Assembly: GCF_001194135.2 (NCBI RefSeq)
Contig: NC_068992.1
Coordinates: forward strand, 12,241,883-12,305,882
DNA length: 64,000 nucleotides
Direction: 5' to 3'
Source of the DNA: Octopus bimaculoides
Lineage: Eukaryota
The position numbers were made by a program, and so were the translations under genes. Positions 25,221 through 38,824 of the stretch are shown here, piece after piece (within the stretch, counting starts at the first letter, position 1; each line of letters starts with the position of its first letter). The notes under the pieces are model-generated. The model did no database searches, was not told where the DNA came from, and saw only the letters and a program-made list of their open reading frames with translations.

Positions 25221-25595
25221 GTAAGTGGAGTGACAGAAATGGAAGAGCAACAGAGGCGATTCTGAATATTATTAATTCTCTATATAAGACCGTTAGTAGG
25301 GACAATATGTGCGGAGCTGAAAAAAAAAATTTATTGTAGAATTTAGTTTCATCTTTTCACGCTCGGAGTTTAAATAATTTTAGTTTCAAATTATACACGC
25401 CGTCTACATCGAACCAATATTCGTTTATTCTAGATTAACAGCTTGAGCGATTGTCAGAACGCATCTGATAACTGGCAGTAGGAAAGTAGCAGAAATGAAA
25501 GACTCGTATACAAAAACGTTAATGATATATCGATTTTAGTTTCTTGAACCTGATGTTCATATCTTCCGACGCCTTAACAAATAAGAAGCAGGGAT

Positions 25596-25918
25596 TGTTG
25601 TGGTTGGCAGTCCGTCGCTTACAACGTCGAGGGTTTCCGATCAACGGAACAGCCTGCTCGTGAAATTAATGTGCAAGTGGCTGAGCATTCCACAGACACG
25701 TGTAACCTTAACGTAGCTCTCGGGGATATTCAGCGTGACACAATGTGACAAGGCTGGCCCTTTGAAATACATGTACAGCAGAAACAGGAGGAAAGAGTGA
25801 GAGAAAGTTGTGGTGAAAGAGCTTTAGGTGTTTTCGCTCAATAAACTCTCACAACGCCCGGTCTGGGAATCGAAACCGCGAGTCCGCTACCCTAACCACT
25901 AAGCCATTGCGCCGCCAC
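25596..25918 (-). mobile_element. Full-length SINE family A copy with 12-bp target-site duplication
   Basis: TSD agaagcagggat at 25584-25595 and 25919-25930. tRNA-like head gtggcggcgcaatggcttagtggttaggg (box A) and gtttcgattccc (box B). Tail gcgacggactgccaaccacaaca. Confidence 0.93.
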
Positions 25919-26452
25919 AGAAGCAGGGATATATTTATTACATTAGTTCTAAGTGACACATCGTGTCTCACGACATTTTACTGAAACGATTTTTCAAAGA
26001 TTAGTTCTGTAAATATATCTTTTGGCCGCATAAGTTTAAATTTTGAGTAATTTCGAAAACAGAATATCGAATAATTTTAAATACAAAATGAAAATTAATG
26101 AAACAAAAAAGAAAAAAAATTAACAAAACTAAAACAGCAGTAGAACTTGGATTATTTCTACCTGTAACAATTTCATAAATTATGTGATACTGATTGCAGG
26201 TAATAATTCAATCATTAACAGCAGAATATAAAATTTCTGCTTCAGGGAAGTCATTAAACAGTAATCATAAATCCCATGATAGTTGCGAGGAAGAAAAAAA
26301 TCGAACATTCTACAGAACAACTAATTAAAAAATTATTCCAAAAATAGATATTTTAATGAAAATTCTTTCGTTAAAAAATCTTCTTACCTTATTAAATACT
26401 TGTATCATCCCATTTTCTGTATCTATTTACAAGTTACTTTATTATTTGGAGG

Positions 26453-26792
26453 TGGAGGCGCAATGGCCCAGTGGTCAACGGAACAGTCTGCTCGTGAAAT
26501 GAACGTTCAAGTGGTTGAGCACTCCACAGACACGTGTACCCTTAACGTAGTTCTCGGGGATATTCAGCGTGACAAGGCTGACTCTTTGAATTACAGGCAC
26601 AACAGAAACAGGAAGTAAGAGAAAGTTGTGGTGGAAGAGTACAGCAGGGTTCGCCACCATCCCCTGCCGGAGACTCGTGGAGCTTTAGGTGTTTTCGCTC
26701 AATAAACAATCACAATGCCCAGTGTGGGAATCGAAACCGAGATCCTAAGACCGCGAGTCCGCTGCCCTAACTACTGGGCCATTGCGCCTCCA
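26453..26792 (-). mobile_element. SINE family A copy lacking its tail and capped by an inverted copy of its own head
   Basis: Body aligns with 25650-25918. 26453-26475 and 26770-26792 are 23-bp inverted repeats with 1 mismatch. Confidence 0.92.
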
Positions 26793-27289
26793 AAAATGAA
26801 TGAATAAATAAACAGATAAAAGCAAACTTTCCTGATTTATTATGTTGCTCAGTATGGAATAGTCTACCTTCAGCTTGCGGACGAATGAAAACGAAATCGG
26901 GATTTTAAAATTTGGGCTTCATAAACCAATACAGAATTTAGTTTCCAGGTATTACTTTGTTCTATTAATTAATTAATTAATTAATATATTTATTTTACAT
27001 TATAAAATAGATATCGCATGCATGTGGACATTTGTATCAATGGAAATCAATCTGAATCAATCAATCAGATAGAACTCGCTAATTTACGGTCGTTTGATGC
27101 AGCATTAAGTTTAACGCTAGTTAGACACAATACGGCATCTCAACTGTTGCCACTGATCGATTTTCAAGCCTGCACGGAGACCCCGAGATCGAATCTACAG
27201 TAGCGAGTAATAGCTTTATACTTAATTCAGTGCACTTAGCCATCAGCTAAACAGTCGTAACCTTTTTATCTTTTAGTAGTGATGTCCAC

Positions 27290-27495
27290 AGGGCACTGTT
27301 TTCGAGCCACTGCTATTCATAGTGGCCCTCTCAGAAATGCCCTCATCTGCTCAGATAGCCACCCTTAGTAGCTATGCAGCTGACACGAAAGTCTCTCAGA
27401 CGATACAAAATCCTGCAAATATTGCACATCTGCAACGGGAGTTGGACGCAATATACAGGTGCGCTGAGGACAACAATGTGCAGTTTAACCAACGC
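27290..27495 (+). mobile_element. CR1-like reverse transcriptase fragment
   Basis: ATLSSYAADTKVSQTIQNPANIAHLQRELDAIYRCAEDNNVQFN: a degenerate YADD motif plus the LQ.DLD.IY.WA..NNM.FN motif of CR1/L2-group RTs. Confidence 0.8.
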
Positions 27496-27546
27496 GATAT
27501 GGTGGCCATCAGTTCATGCTTATATTACATGCAATTTTGTGTCCAG

Positions 27547-27585
27547 TAGAACATTGGCAATACTCGAATGAAACAACAGAGTCAG
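27547..27585 (+). CDS. Candidate 39-nt symmetric phase-1 exon
   Basis: aattttgtgtccAG|tagaac...gagtcag|GTaatt; only one frame is open (EHWQYSNETTES). Confidence 0.15.
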
Positions 27586-29514
27586 GTAATTAACTAAAGA
27601 AAAAGTTGTAATATTCTAGAAAGGACTGCCTGGTCCACAAGAACTTGTTAATTGTTTGGAAATGGAAACTAACCCCTCTTCTATTCTTGGACAGTTTTTG
27701 AAACAACATGGTAAATGTCAGGATTCGAATATTCATCATCAGATTTATGTTCAAGATTACTATTCAGAATGTCTTCTTCCAAAACTATAGCTAATATCTT
27801 AAACTTTCCCCACTCAAATAGTTACCTAAAGGGTTCAAACCTCTGTACCCTATTAACAGAAGGCTCGCGAAAATACTGCACTCTGTCTTTATATTATATA
27901 CTGCTGTCGAATTCTACAGCATACATGCACGAAGTCGCGCGCGCACATACACCACACACTCTCTCTCTCAGTCACACACACATACACAGACATATATGAA
28001 CATGTTTCAGTATAGATATTTATTTACTCAGAACAAACACAACACACAAATGCGTGCGCAAGCACACGCGCACGTGCATATATAAATCTATAGATAGCTC
28101 AATGGTTAAATTTGAACACGAACATATACTATGCATACACACACACATATATGCATATATGTATGTTTGTATCAACGGGTGTACATATGTATTTGTGTCT
28201 GTGCGAATTTATATATATANNNNNNNNNNNNNNNNNNNNNNNNNNNNNNNNNNNNNNNNNNNNNNNNNNNNNNNNNNNNNNNNNNNNNNNNNNNNNNNNN
28301 NNNNNNNNNNNNNNNNNNNTGTGTGTGTGTGTGTGTACATTTATTTATGATATGTATACTTTGTAGCGAAATTTATATTTCACGGCACGATGCAATATTT
28401 TTCATAGAATCATCTTCAATGAACCTGTTTTGAATATGTTCGTATCAAACAATGTCTTGCACGGTGTGCGACATTACATGGGGTATGATTATTACAGAGC
28501 AAATTAGATACCAAACTACATTTTACTTTGTCTTCTATGGAAATGTTTCGATACTTTATTCGAAACTTTGCAGTCTTTCGTGATAAATAAAGTCACCGCA
28601 TACTCGCAATTATTTTACACCACTAGATTTTATTCAAATAATTCTAGAACAGTCCCCTTCTTTTTCAAATCTGTTCCATGTGGGATACTCTCCCTTTCGT
28701 CTGATGTTATTTGAAAGAGATATGTTGAAATATGTGCATCTAATCTAATTTCTCTTTAAGAATATATACAATACATTTCTGCTGGTTCGTTCTGTTACCG
28801 TTGTCTGGTACATACTTTGATCTCTTCATTCTGCCTCTAAACATGGACTTTATTTCATTTCGTTTTTAATTATTTTAAGTGTTGGTTCATTATACAGTGA
28901 AATGTATATAACGTGTGCAAGACAAGTATAAGACAGTTATTTTTCTTGTTGACTAAATTACGAAGTTTGATCGTTAACTGATGATTGATGAAAGAGAGAG
29001 ACTTTATTCTCACAAATATCATCAGGTTTTCACTCAACGATACACAGTGGCAGATCATATAATTCAACGCCTAATGATTGAGTTATTTTAGTTTGTAATG
29101 TACACGGAAATAAATGATTGTATTAATACACGGCTCATGGTAAATTGGCCTGAATAGGAATGGTTGGAATGAATCGAAAATGGCATAGTTTTGACTTCTG
29201 TAAGAGGGATCGGTTGTATTGGTTGCCGTTTGTGTTACACAAGTGAAATTCCTCAAGAGGTATGTTGTTAGATGCTGCACAGACGGAATTATATGGTTTG
29301 TTTAACTGACGAAATGAACCCAGCAAAATAAATATGAATATATCTACAAAAGATATTTCAAACCACATTGAGCGATTCTAAGCCATCGCATCATACATTT
29401 TACTGCCAAGCAACAATGCTGCTTCCGCAACCTGCGATCGAATTAGTCTTTCCTTTCCGAGTAGCAGTATGTATTTGATAGAATATCCAACGAAAACGAC
29501 TGTTCGGTATATAG

Positions 29515-29812
29515 AATCTATATCTGTGTATGTGTATATATGTGTGTGTGAATGTGAACGTCCATGCGTGTGTGTTTATGTGTGTTTGTGTGTGTGTATC
29601 TGAGTTTGTCTACCCCCCCACTATAGCTTGACATTCGGTGTTGGTGTGTATGTGTCACCGTAACTTAGCGGTTCAACCAAAGTGACCGATAGAATAAGTA
29701 CTAGAGTTACACAAAGAATAAGTCCTGGGATGATTTCTTCGGCTAAAGGTGGTGCTCCAGCATATCGACTGTCCGAGGACTGAAACAAATAAAAGAATAA
29801 AATGTAAAAGAA
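29515..29812 (+). mobile_element. SINE family B 3' half
   Basis: gtaacttagcggttc...gatagaataagtactag...aaagaataagtcctggg...ggtggtgctccagcat...actgaaacaaataaaaga, preceded by a TG/TA-rich tract. Confidence 0.85.
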
Positions 29813-30220
29813 TATATTATATACAGACATATAAACAGAAAGTAAGAATATTTATTTATATAGAAGTATATATATAACGTTCGAATTTTCTTAAAGAAAT
29901 AACTTCAGATACCAAGATAATGCTAAACTCGTCACGTTTAAAAATTTCTATCACGCACCGAAGATTCAATCTTTGTGTCTCTGAGAGTCTTCGAAGTCTT
30001 GCACATAAATGTTTAGATGTAATGACTAGAGAACTATCACATTTAATCTAATTTCTTTCGAAATATTCGAGGACCATTTATACCATCGTATAAATAAACT
30101 TAGAGACTAAATCTCCATTACTCCCAACTTACTTTTCGTTCATATTAATAATATCAAGAGCATTTTATTCCTAGTACACACACATTCACACGGCTCACAA
30201 ACACATGTACATTCACACAT

Positions 30221-30253
<33 letters not shown>

Positions 30254-30256
30254 CAT

Positions 30257-30329
<73 letters not shown>

Positions 30330-30337
30330 CACACATG

Positions 30338-30377
<40 letters not shown>

Positions 30378-30467
30378 CATATACAAACGCATATGATATA
30401 TGATAAATATATATATAAATATGTATATTTATATACATATATGCATATACACACGTATATGATATAA

Positions 30468-30528
<61 letters not shown>

Positions 30529-31904
30529 TAAACTAAATAGTACAATTGAGTATAGGAAAAAACTTCTGAATTTTTTTTTTCCAGCGCAAACAATCTATAT
30601 CGACCTCTTAGTATCCACTTGACTCTCTTGAATAGAAGACATGAATTATTCATGCTGAGATCTTCAGGAAATAATTCTATAAATGAGATATGGCAGCTGT
30701 ATAGATCAGTAACTCATTATTAAAACATTGATTGGAAAATTTGTGTTATCACACCAATGATTATATCTAAAGATTCTGTTCGTATGTTTTTGATTCACAA
30801 CTCTGCAGACAAGTATTCATGCTTTCAATTAATGGTAACTGTAACAAAAATATAGCCGTTTTTCTCAATGAATATGACACATAAAGCTTTATTTTTACTT
30901 TACTATTTTCACTAACAAGTCAAACGACGACTATGATTGTGATTTGCGTCTACGACGTTCATTTTAGTTTTGTCTGATAATTTCGCAGCAGGTTGTTTCT
31001 TATCTAAAGTTGCATATCACAATCTAATGTAATCTAACTTCCTCAGTAGTTAACACGGTGAAAATTAACGATATCCAAATGTAATATAGGAATTCATTCT
31101 CTTTTCAGTTATGTTGCGTTACACACATTGTGTTCTGATGACCTCTTGATGTATTTAACACAAGAATTATTTTTTGTGGTACAACATATTTTTATGAAGC
31201 AGAAGAATTCTATTGCGGGGCTCACATTCATTTTACATTGGTAAAGAAATACAATATTATAATTGATTTTGCTTTATATTTGACTTCTCTGAAACTTTAG
31301 AACTTTTTACAAAGAAGAAATTCACCCTTCTGACGAAAAACCAATAATCTTTCGCTGTGTAGACCATCTCGAAACATTTTCATGATATGCTATTTCCAAG
31401 CACATATATCTGAAGCATGTTTGAAAATTTGGAAATACAGAGAACCAACACCGTAAGAAAATGGATAATCTGCTTCACATCCTCTCTGACAAATAAGTAT
31501 CATTACAGTCATTTAAAATTAAACGGGCTTGAACAATGATGTGTCTATAGAATTTCATTCACAATGATTGTGATATCTTGAGGCTATGGCAGAAGACACT
31601 TCTCGGATAAGTCTTATAGAGGAATAGAACTAGAATAAGATTATTGCAAAGCAAACCTCTTAAACATTCACCCAAACTGAAATCAATTACTTAAAATAAT
31701 ACATTTTCAGAAGCCACAATTCTGCAAGTACGATGAATGTAACTTGATGTATGTTAAAATACTTTAAATACATTAAACTTCATTTGGCTTCTAGCTGAGG
31801 TGGTACTGTACTGAATAGTTTCTAGATTGGCGAGTCTGATTGAGCATTCAACAGTACGTTAAAGACTAAGTGGTTTTTTCTTCAGTAAACCAAACACACA
31901 TGGA

Positions 31905-32005
31905 TATTATTTGCTCAAGGCTACAACGTACACCCCGTCCAGGAGTTGAACTCATGATCCTGCGGTCATGACTGCAAGACGCTCATCACGAGGGCGCGTG
32001 GCCTC
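31905..32005 (-). mobile_element. Diverged tRNA-like SINE head with CORE-like start
   Basis: Reverse complement ...gagttcaactcctggacggggtgtacgttgtagccttgagcaaa has a box-B-like motif followed by ccttgagcaa. Confidence 0.5.
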
Positions 32006-32148
32006 GTATATATTTTTATATACATGGATACTTTATCAATAACTGGTAGCAAGCTAGAGTTTCAACATTGGCTTGTGACAAAATATTGAATTGGATGTTA
32101 AATGACATATTGTTTGTATTAAGTATGTTCTTATTTGTCTATTTGATA

Positions 32149-32179
<31 letters not shown>

Positions 32180-32258
32180 CATGTGTGTGCGTGTGTGTGC
32201 GTATGCAAACACATATGTGCTCTCCATTTGGAGTCGACGTCCACAAGTGTGGTGGAAT

Positions 32259-32262
<4 letters not shown>

Positions 32263-32352
<90 letters not shown>
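32263..32352. repeat. (GA)n microsatellite, ~45 units
   Basis: Direct inspection. Confidence 0.97.
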
Positions 32353-32355
<3 letters not shown>

Positions 32356-32892
32356 TATGTATAGATGGATGGAAGTTTGAATGAGTGTATGCATTCAGTT
32401 TCACTTTCAATTATTTTATTCACTCGTTTATATTTATATTGCCTACTTCGCATCCGCTATGAAAGCAAACGTGTGCGAGCAAAATATTACCAATACCTCC
32501 CTTTCCGACTGTAGACCTAATCATTGTTGAATTCCTCAGTTATAATACTCTACAATGTTAAATTATCCATGAACCCTTATCGATGCATTTATGACAGCAT
32601 TTTGTTTGAAATGTCGTTACGCCATATTCTTCACGGCAATTGTTACTTTTGAGCTAACACTGATCCTAAAGTAGATATTGTTCAACTGCACGCAGTCATT
32701 AATGTCCATTGTTGGGATTCATATATGTCACAATTTGGCCGGTATTAAACCGCATCTTAATTACGAATATATCGACGGTTTCTTCTGTACTTTCTCGTTT
32801 ACGCGTTAGTCAATGAAAATCATAACATGATGGAAAACGTTTCTACGGCTACATGTGATATATATGCATATATATGTGTATGTATATATGTG

Positions 32893-32931
<39 letters not shown>

Positions 32932-33012
32932 AAATATATGTATACATATATACGTATATGTATATGTATACATATATACGTATATGTATATGTGTATATA
33001 TATATGTGTGTA

Positions 33013-33065
<53 letters not shown>

Positions 33066-33582
33066 GTGCATATACGTATGTATGTATGTATGCATTTATA
33101 CATGCATAGATACATATATGAAAACATATTATTACGACTTACATTATTCGAAAACCTATAATATACTTTTAGACTAATATAAAATGAATCATAAAAATAT
33201 GTTTTCAAACTGTCAATTATTATTTCCTTTTTATAAATATATATATATAGAGAGAGAACATCATGTCATATCAAAACATATATTTTCAAGTTGTGATTGC
33301 ACCTCTTGCATTTTTTTATTGCATGCAATGACGGTACTGCTGAAGATAACTATACCTGAGGATACGAGTAGTGAGAAGTCTACTCTGACTGTTATATAGA
33401 TAACGTGTTATATATACAAATTTGTTCAGTATTGTTCGAATTATCGAAAGATTTAATGCTAATAAAACGACAGAAATATATTACAGGATTTTACATATTT
33501 GTAATGATATACGATCGTGAGGAACAGCCTAGTCATGAATTCCTATTCATTTAGCGTAAGCAATTGTAATTAATTTGATATG

Positions 33583-33611
33583 TTAGGGTTAGGGTTAGGG
33601 TTAGGGTTAGG
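33583..33611 (+). repeat. Interstitial telomeric-type repeat (TTAGGG)x4.8
   Basis: Four perfect TTAGGG units plus TTAGG. Confidence 0.9.
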
Positions 33612-33666
33612 TCTGTACCGCGTCGAGCAAGTTGGTTGTATGACCCTCACTATATAGGCGTATCAT

Positions 33667-33732
<66 letters not shown>

Positions 33733-33941
33733 ATTATATATATATATTATATATAACGCCCGTGTTAGAATGGTGGCAACTGATGAAGGAAATGTTCTCT
33801 ATGTGGCCTGTGTGTTTTCTGTACTCTGTTTATCATTCTGTCTACGTTTTGTTTGCAATGTTCTGTACCCAGATATCCATCTATATACACAGGTAGATGT
33901 AGGTATGTACATACATGTACGTATATATGCATATACTCATT

Positions 33942-33984
<43 letters not shown>

Positions 33985-34173
33985 GGGACAAAATCCAAAA
34001 TTACAGGTAAAGACTCAATTAAAATCAATTTATAAAAATTTAAAATTAAATTGAGCTTTATAGATGAAATATATATANNNNNNNNNNNNNNNNNNNNNNN
34101 NNNNNNNNNNNNNNNNNNNNNNNNNNNNNNNNNNNNNNNNNNNNNNNNNNNNNNNNNNNNNNNNNNNNNNNNN

Positions 34174-34510
34174 AAAAGAACCAAGTTTCAAGAACTCATC
34201 GATGATAATCCACTATCACATATAGAAAAATTAACAATTGAAAGCACAATAAATGAGTATAGTATAAAGCAAAGTAAATATCATAAGATAAATATAATAT
34301 AATAAATATAATAATAATACTAATAATAATTATAATATTATATTTATCTTATGATATTTACTTTGCTTTATATTATACTCATTTATTGTGCTTTTAATTG
34401 TTAATTTTTCTATGTGATAGTGGATTTTCATCGATGAGTTCNNNNNNNNNNTTAATTTTTCTATGTGATAGTGGATTTTCATCGATGAGTTCTTGAAACT
34501 TGGTTATTTT
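34174..34510. repeat. Long foldback inverted repeat (arms ~128 bp, AT-only spacer ~32 bp)
   Basis: 34174-34301 is the reverse complement of 34334-34441 continued in 34452-34510, with about 5 differences. Confidence 0.9.
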
Positions 34511-34511
34511 T

Positions 34512-34553
<42 letters not shown>

Positions 34554-36134
34554 GGCATTCTTATTTTTATCCATATATATGTATTTATACTTACATTTAC
34601 GTATGTGCGTGTGTGCGTGTTTTTTTTTCGTGTGGGGAACTACATAATTATAAATTATATAATTATAAATGTATTTAGTATTGTTACACAATAGCCATCA
34701 AAATAACAGTAGTGAGGCATCTTTTGAAATAACGCCGTTATTTTTTCTATTTCTTTAAATGTGTTTTCCTTTGTCCGTTGTGTGTGCTCTATTCCTCGTA
34801 TATATAACGTTTTCCAAAGATATACATTTCATATATGGATTCGAAGATTTTACAGTGTTGTACTATATTAAGCTTTCATGTATCTGGTTATTTGTCGTGC
34901 TTATGCAGCATGTCATACAGTTGAGTACTTGTTCCCGTTGGGTGGAGCTCTTCCAAAAACTAAACAATATTATGCGTGTGAGAATATGTATGTGTGTGAG
35001 TGTCTATATGTGTGAGAGTAGATAACTTAAGATCTTTATCATTTTAATTGTATATTCCGAAAGAAACTATTTCTAGCCATAAATGACCTTTTACATATTT
35101 TCTTTTTTAATTCTAGTGAATATTCTTACCAGTGATAGTTTGGATTTCTTTTATTCTCTCGATGTTGCCAATATTATCTCAGATATTCTCTCGTCATCTT
35201 GGCAAACATATGAATATTTCACCATCGCTAGCACATGTTAGAGAAAAAAAAAAGAAATAAAAACAATGCAAAATATAGAAATATACATAAATAAAAGGCA
35301 TCGACGACAGAAAAGAAAAAAAGTTAATGTTAGTGGCTGAAGTGGTTGGATATATGAAAATATTCAAAGAAGAAAATATGAAAACATAAATAGTGAAAGA
35401 CCGAACAACAACGGAAAAAGAATAGATAAAGAAAAAAAAAATGAAAAAAATGAAGAAAGATGGTGAAGAAAGAAAGGAGGCAGAAAGAACGGTTGAAAAT
35501 GAAGAGATGAAAGGAATAACGATGGAATTGAAATAAGCATATGCCGAATAAATTTGATGAAACTAGGGATTTCATATTGCTTCCAGTAACATGGCTTACG
35601 CCAGAACAAAAGGAGTAAAAATTGGTATCGATAGAGCTCGGATTGAATCATAAAAACTACTTGTTATTCTAGAAATCTAGTTGATGCCAGGCGAATTATC
35701 AACAGAAAGAAAAGAAAGATGTCTGCAAGAAGTAGTGATCATTTGCTAATGTTATGTTACTTGAACATGCTGTTGTACACAGAAATTAAAGTAGATACAC
35801 TTCTCTCGAAAAGTTTCTTTTCATGTTTGTTTTATTTACTGTGGCCTATTTATTACCTGAACTCAAACATTCATTGTAATGTTTATACATCTACGATGTT
35901 ATATGCTATATTTACCAACACTTTTGACCGGATTTCATGCGTCATTTTTAACGTGTTCTTACGTGTCTAACTCTGTGTGAATGTGTGTGTGTGTTACACA
36001 ACGTATCATTAATTCGAACGCTTTCAAATTACCTTATATTCGAATTTCTAGCATATTTAAATACATGGTTATTCTCCAAGGAACAATAATAATATTTGCA
36101 ATTACTTTTTCTCAGAATTAGACTGTACGCGTTA

Positions 36135-36315
36135 AGGTGACGAGCTGACAGAATCGTTAGAACGCCGGTCAAAATGCTTCGCGGCATATCGTCCGTCTTT
36201 ACGTCTGAAGCTTTCATCCTTTCAGGGTCAATAAATTAAGTATCAGTTGGATACTAAGGTCGATGTAATAATCTAACCCACCACCTCGAAATTCCTGGTC
36301 TCTCTTCCAGAATTC
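36135..36315 (+). mobile_element. SINE family C copy with internal deletion
   Basis: gacgagctgacagaatcgttagaacgccgg...gctttcatcctttcagggtcaataaattaagtatcagtt. Confidence 0.88.
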
Positions 36316-38416
36316 GAAATCCATTATACTGTACGCGATTTTTACCTTAAACTTGTTCGTTTATTTCACCATTTAATTGACATCAGTTAAGCTACCATTT
36401 CTAACAGAATCTTATTAAGTGATACAGGTTACCATTCGCAACGAACATTCTGTGTTCATTCTGGCAACTGAGTTCAATGTGAAAGATAAATGACATAATC
36501 TAAACTATATCTAAAACGTACTGTTTGATATTCTTCATTTTAACTTGGGCTTCTTGCAATGGGTGTGTTCTTTGATGTATTTCCTGGATTTTATTTATGG
36601 AAACATTTAAACTCCTTCTTCCATCGATGTTTTCAAACAGTGATCGAATTTATACATAATTACAGTTATAGTTTTGTCAAAGGTTCAGAACTACTTTCTA
36701 CTCTGAATCTTTAATGATTATTAATATCATTGCTTCTTTACGTCTTCTCTCTTACTTTCAAATTCTGGTCAGATCTAAGGTAAATATACATATAAGATAC
36801 GAAAACTGGAACACATATGAATGTATATGTACAGGTACGTATATATGTGTATATATATGCATGCATGTGTGTGTGTGACTGCAAATATAAATGTATACAT
36901 ACACACGAATGCACATATATTTATATTTCAAAACATCCTTCCTCATGCTAACATACAATTAAAACTTCATATGATAACATGAAACTCTAACGTTCTCCCT
37001 AATATTTTAATCATCAGTGCTGTTTTCCTCACAGACGGTGCTCAGCGGACTCTACTATGCAGTGTAGTTGATAAAATATAAAAACAAACTGCAGTAAAAC
37101 AATTTGATTTGGCCACAACGGGAGCTTACAATGTCTAATATGATTAAGTAGGAGGTCATTCTTATAGTTTTTTCTTTCCCTTGGCGTTGTTCGTTTTTGC
37201 AGTCGTTCGTTAGGTTTCAAATATATTTCGCTCTTTCTTTTATATACTTTTTTGTCTATGGTACGACAGGAATTCCCAAATAAGGAAACATATATACACT
37301 ATAAAGCATTACATCTTCAATATATATATATATANNNNNNNNNNNNNNNNNNNNNNNNNNNNNNNNNNNNNNNNNNNNNNNNNNNNNNNNNNNNNNNNNN
37401 NNNNNNNNNNNNNNNNNNNNNNNNNNNNNNNNNNNNNNNNNNNNNNNNNNNNNNNNNNNNNNNNNNNNNNNNNNNNNNNNNNNNNNNNNNNNNNNNNNNN
37501 NNNNNNNNNNNNNNNNNNNNNNNNNNNNNNNNNNNNNNNNNNNNNNNNNNNNNNNNNNNNNNNNNNNNNNNNNNNNNNNNNNNNNNNNNNNNNNNNNNNN
37601 NNNNNNNNNNNNNNNNNNNNNNNNNNNNNNNNNNNNNNNNNNNNNNNNNNNNNNNNNNNNNNNNNNNNNNNNNNNNNNNNNNNNNNNNNNNNNNNNNNNN
37701 NNNNNNNNNNNNNNNNNNNNNNNNNNNNNNNNNNNNNNNNNNNNNNNNNNNNNNNNNNNNNNNNNNNNNNNNNNNNNNNNNNNNNNNNNNNNNNNNNNNN
37801 NNNNNNNNNNNNNNNNNNNNNNNNNNNNNNNNNNNNNNNNNNNNNNNNNNNNNNNNNNNNNNNNNNNNNNNNNNNNNNNNNNNNNNNNNNNNNNNNNNAT
37901 ATATATATATATAATATATGTATATATGCTTATATGTATACTGATTGAAAGAAGGTGGGGGAATGCTTTATAGCCATAGTTCAAAATGAAATTATCGCAT
38001 GAATATATCGAAACCTACATGTAATTGCATATTGCTGATGCCATAGTGAATATCTTTTGATCCTAATGGAATAATTCGGAAACGAAAAAAAAAACATAGA
38101 TCAATATGACGGCACTTTTTATATGTGTATATCACTAAATTGATATTTATGTTCACCTCAACAAATGTAAAATGAAGATATATATCTATGTATTTCCATA
38201 AATATGCATGGATGTACACACACACACCCAGACACACACATACATGTAGGCACAGACGCACATGCACATACGCACATGCACATACGCACACACACACAAA
38301 CACACAAAAAAAATATATGTCATATTTATACGTATATATGTAGATATATATGCGTATTTATACATATATAGACATAGATATACATATATATGTTTGTATG
38401 TATATACATATGTAAA

Positions 38417-38457
<41 letters not shown>

Positions 38458-38754
38458 ATATATATATATATATNNNNNNNNNNNNNNNNNNNNNNNNNNN
38501 NNNNNNNNNNNNNNNNNNNNNNNNNNNNNNNNNNNNNNNNNNNNNNNNNNNNNNNNNNNNNNNNNNNNNNNNNNNNNNNNNNNNNNNNNNNNNNNNNNNN
38601 NNNNNNNNNNNNNNNNNNNNNNNNNNNNNNNNNNNNNNNNNNNNNNNNNNNNNNNNNNNNNNNNNNNNNNNNNNNNNNNNNNNNNNNNNNNNNNNNNNNN
38701 NNNNNNNNNNNNNNNNNNNNNNNNNNNNNNNNNNNNNNNNNNNNNNNNNNNNNN

Positions 38755-38819
<65 letters not shown>

Positions 38820-38824
38820 TTTAC

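Noticed and set aside
26700-26792. tRNA gene
   Set aside because: Box A and box B are present but there is no full cloverleaf, and it is continuous with a SINE body found in three copies.
33637-33660. T7/T3 promoter-like string gaccctcactatataggcg (vector contamination)
   Set aside because: Needs indels to match, and no other vector sequence is nearby.
37035-37080. Strong acceptor tgttttcctcacAG
   Set aside because: All three frames stop within 16 codons and no good donor follows.
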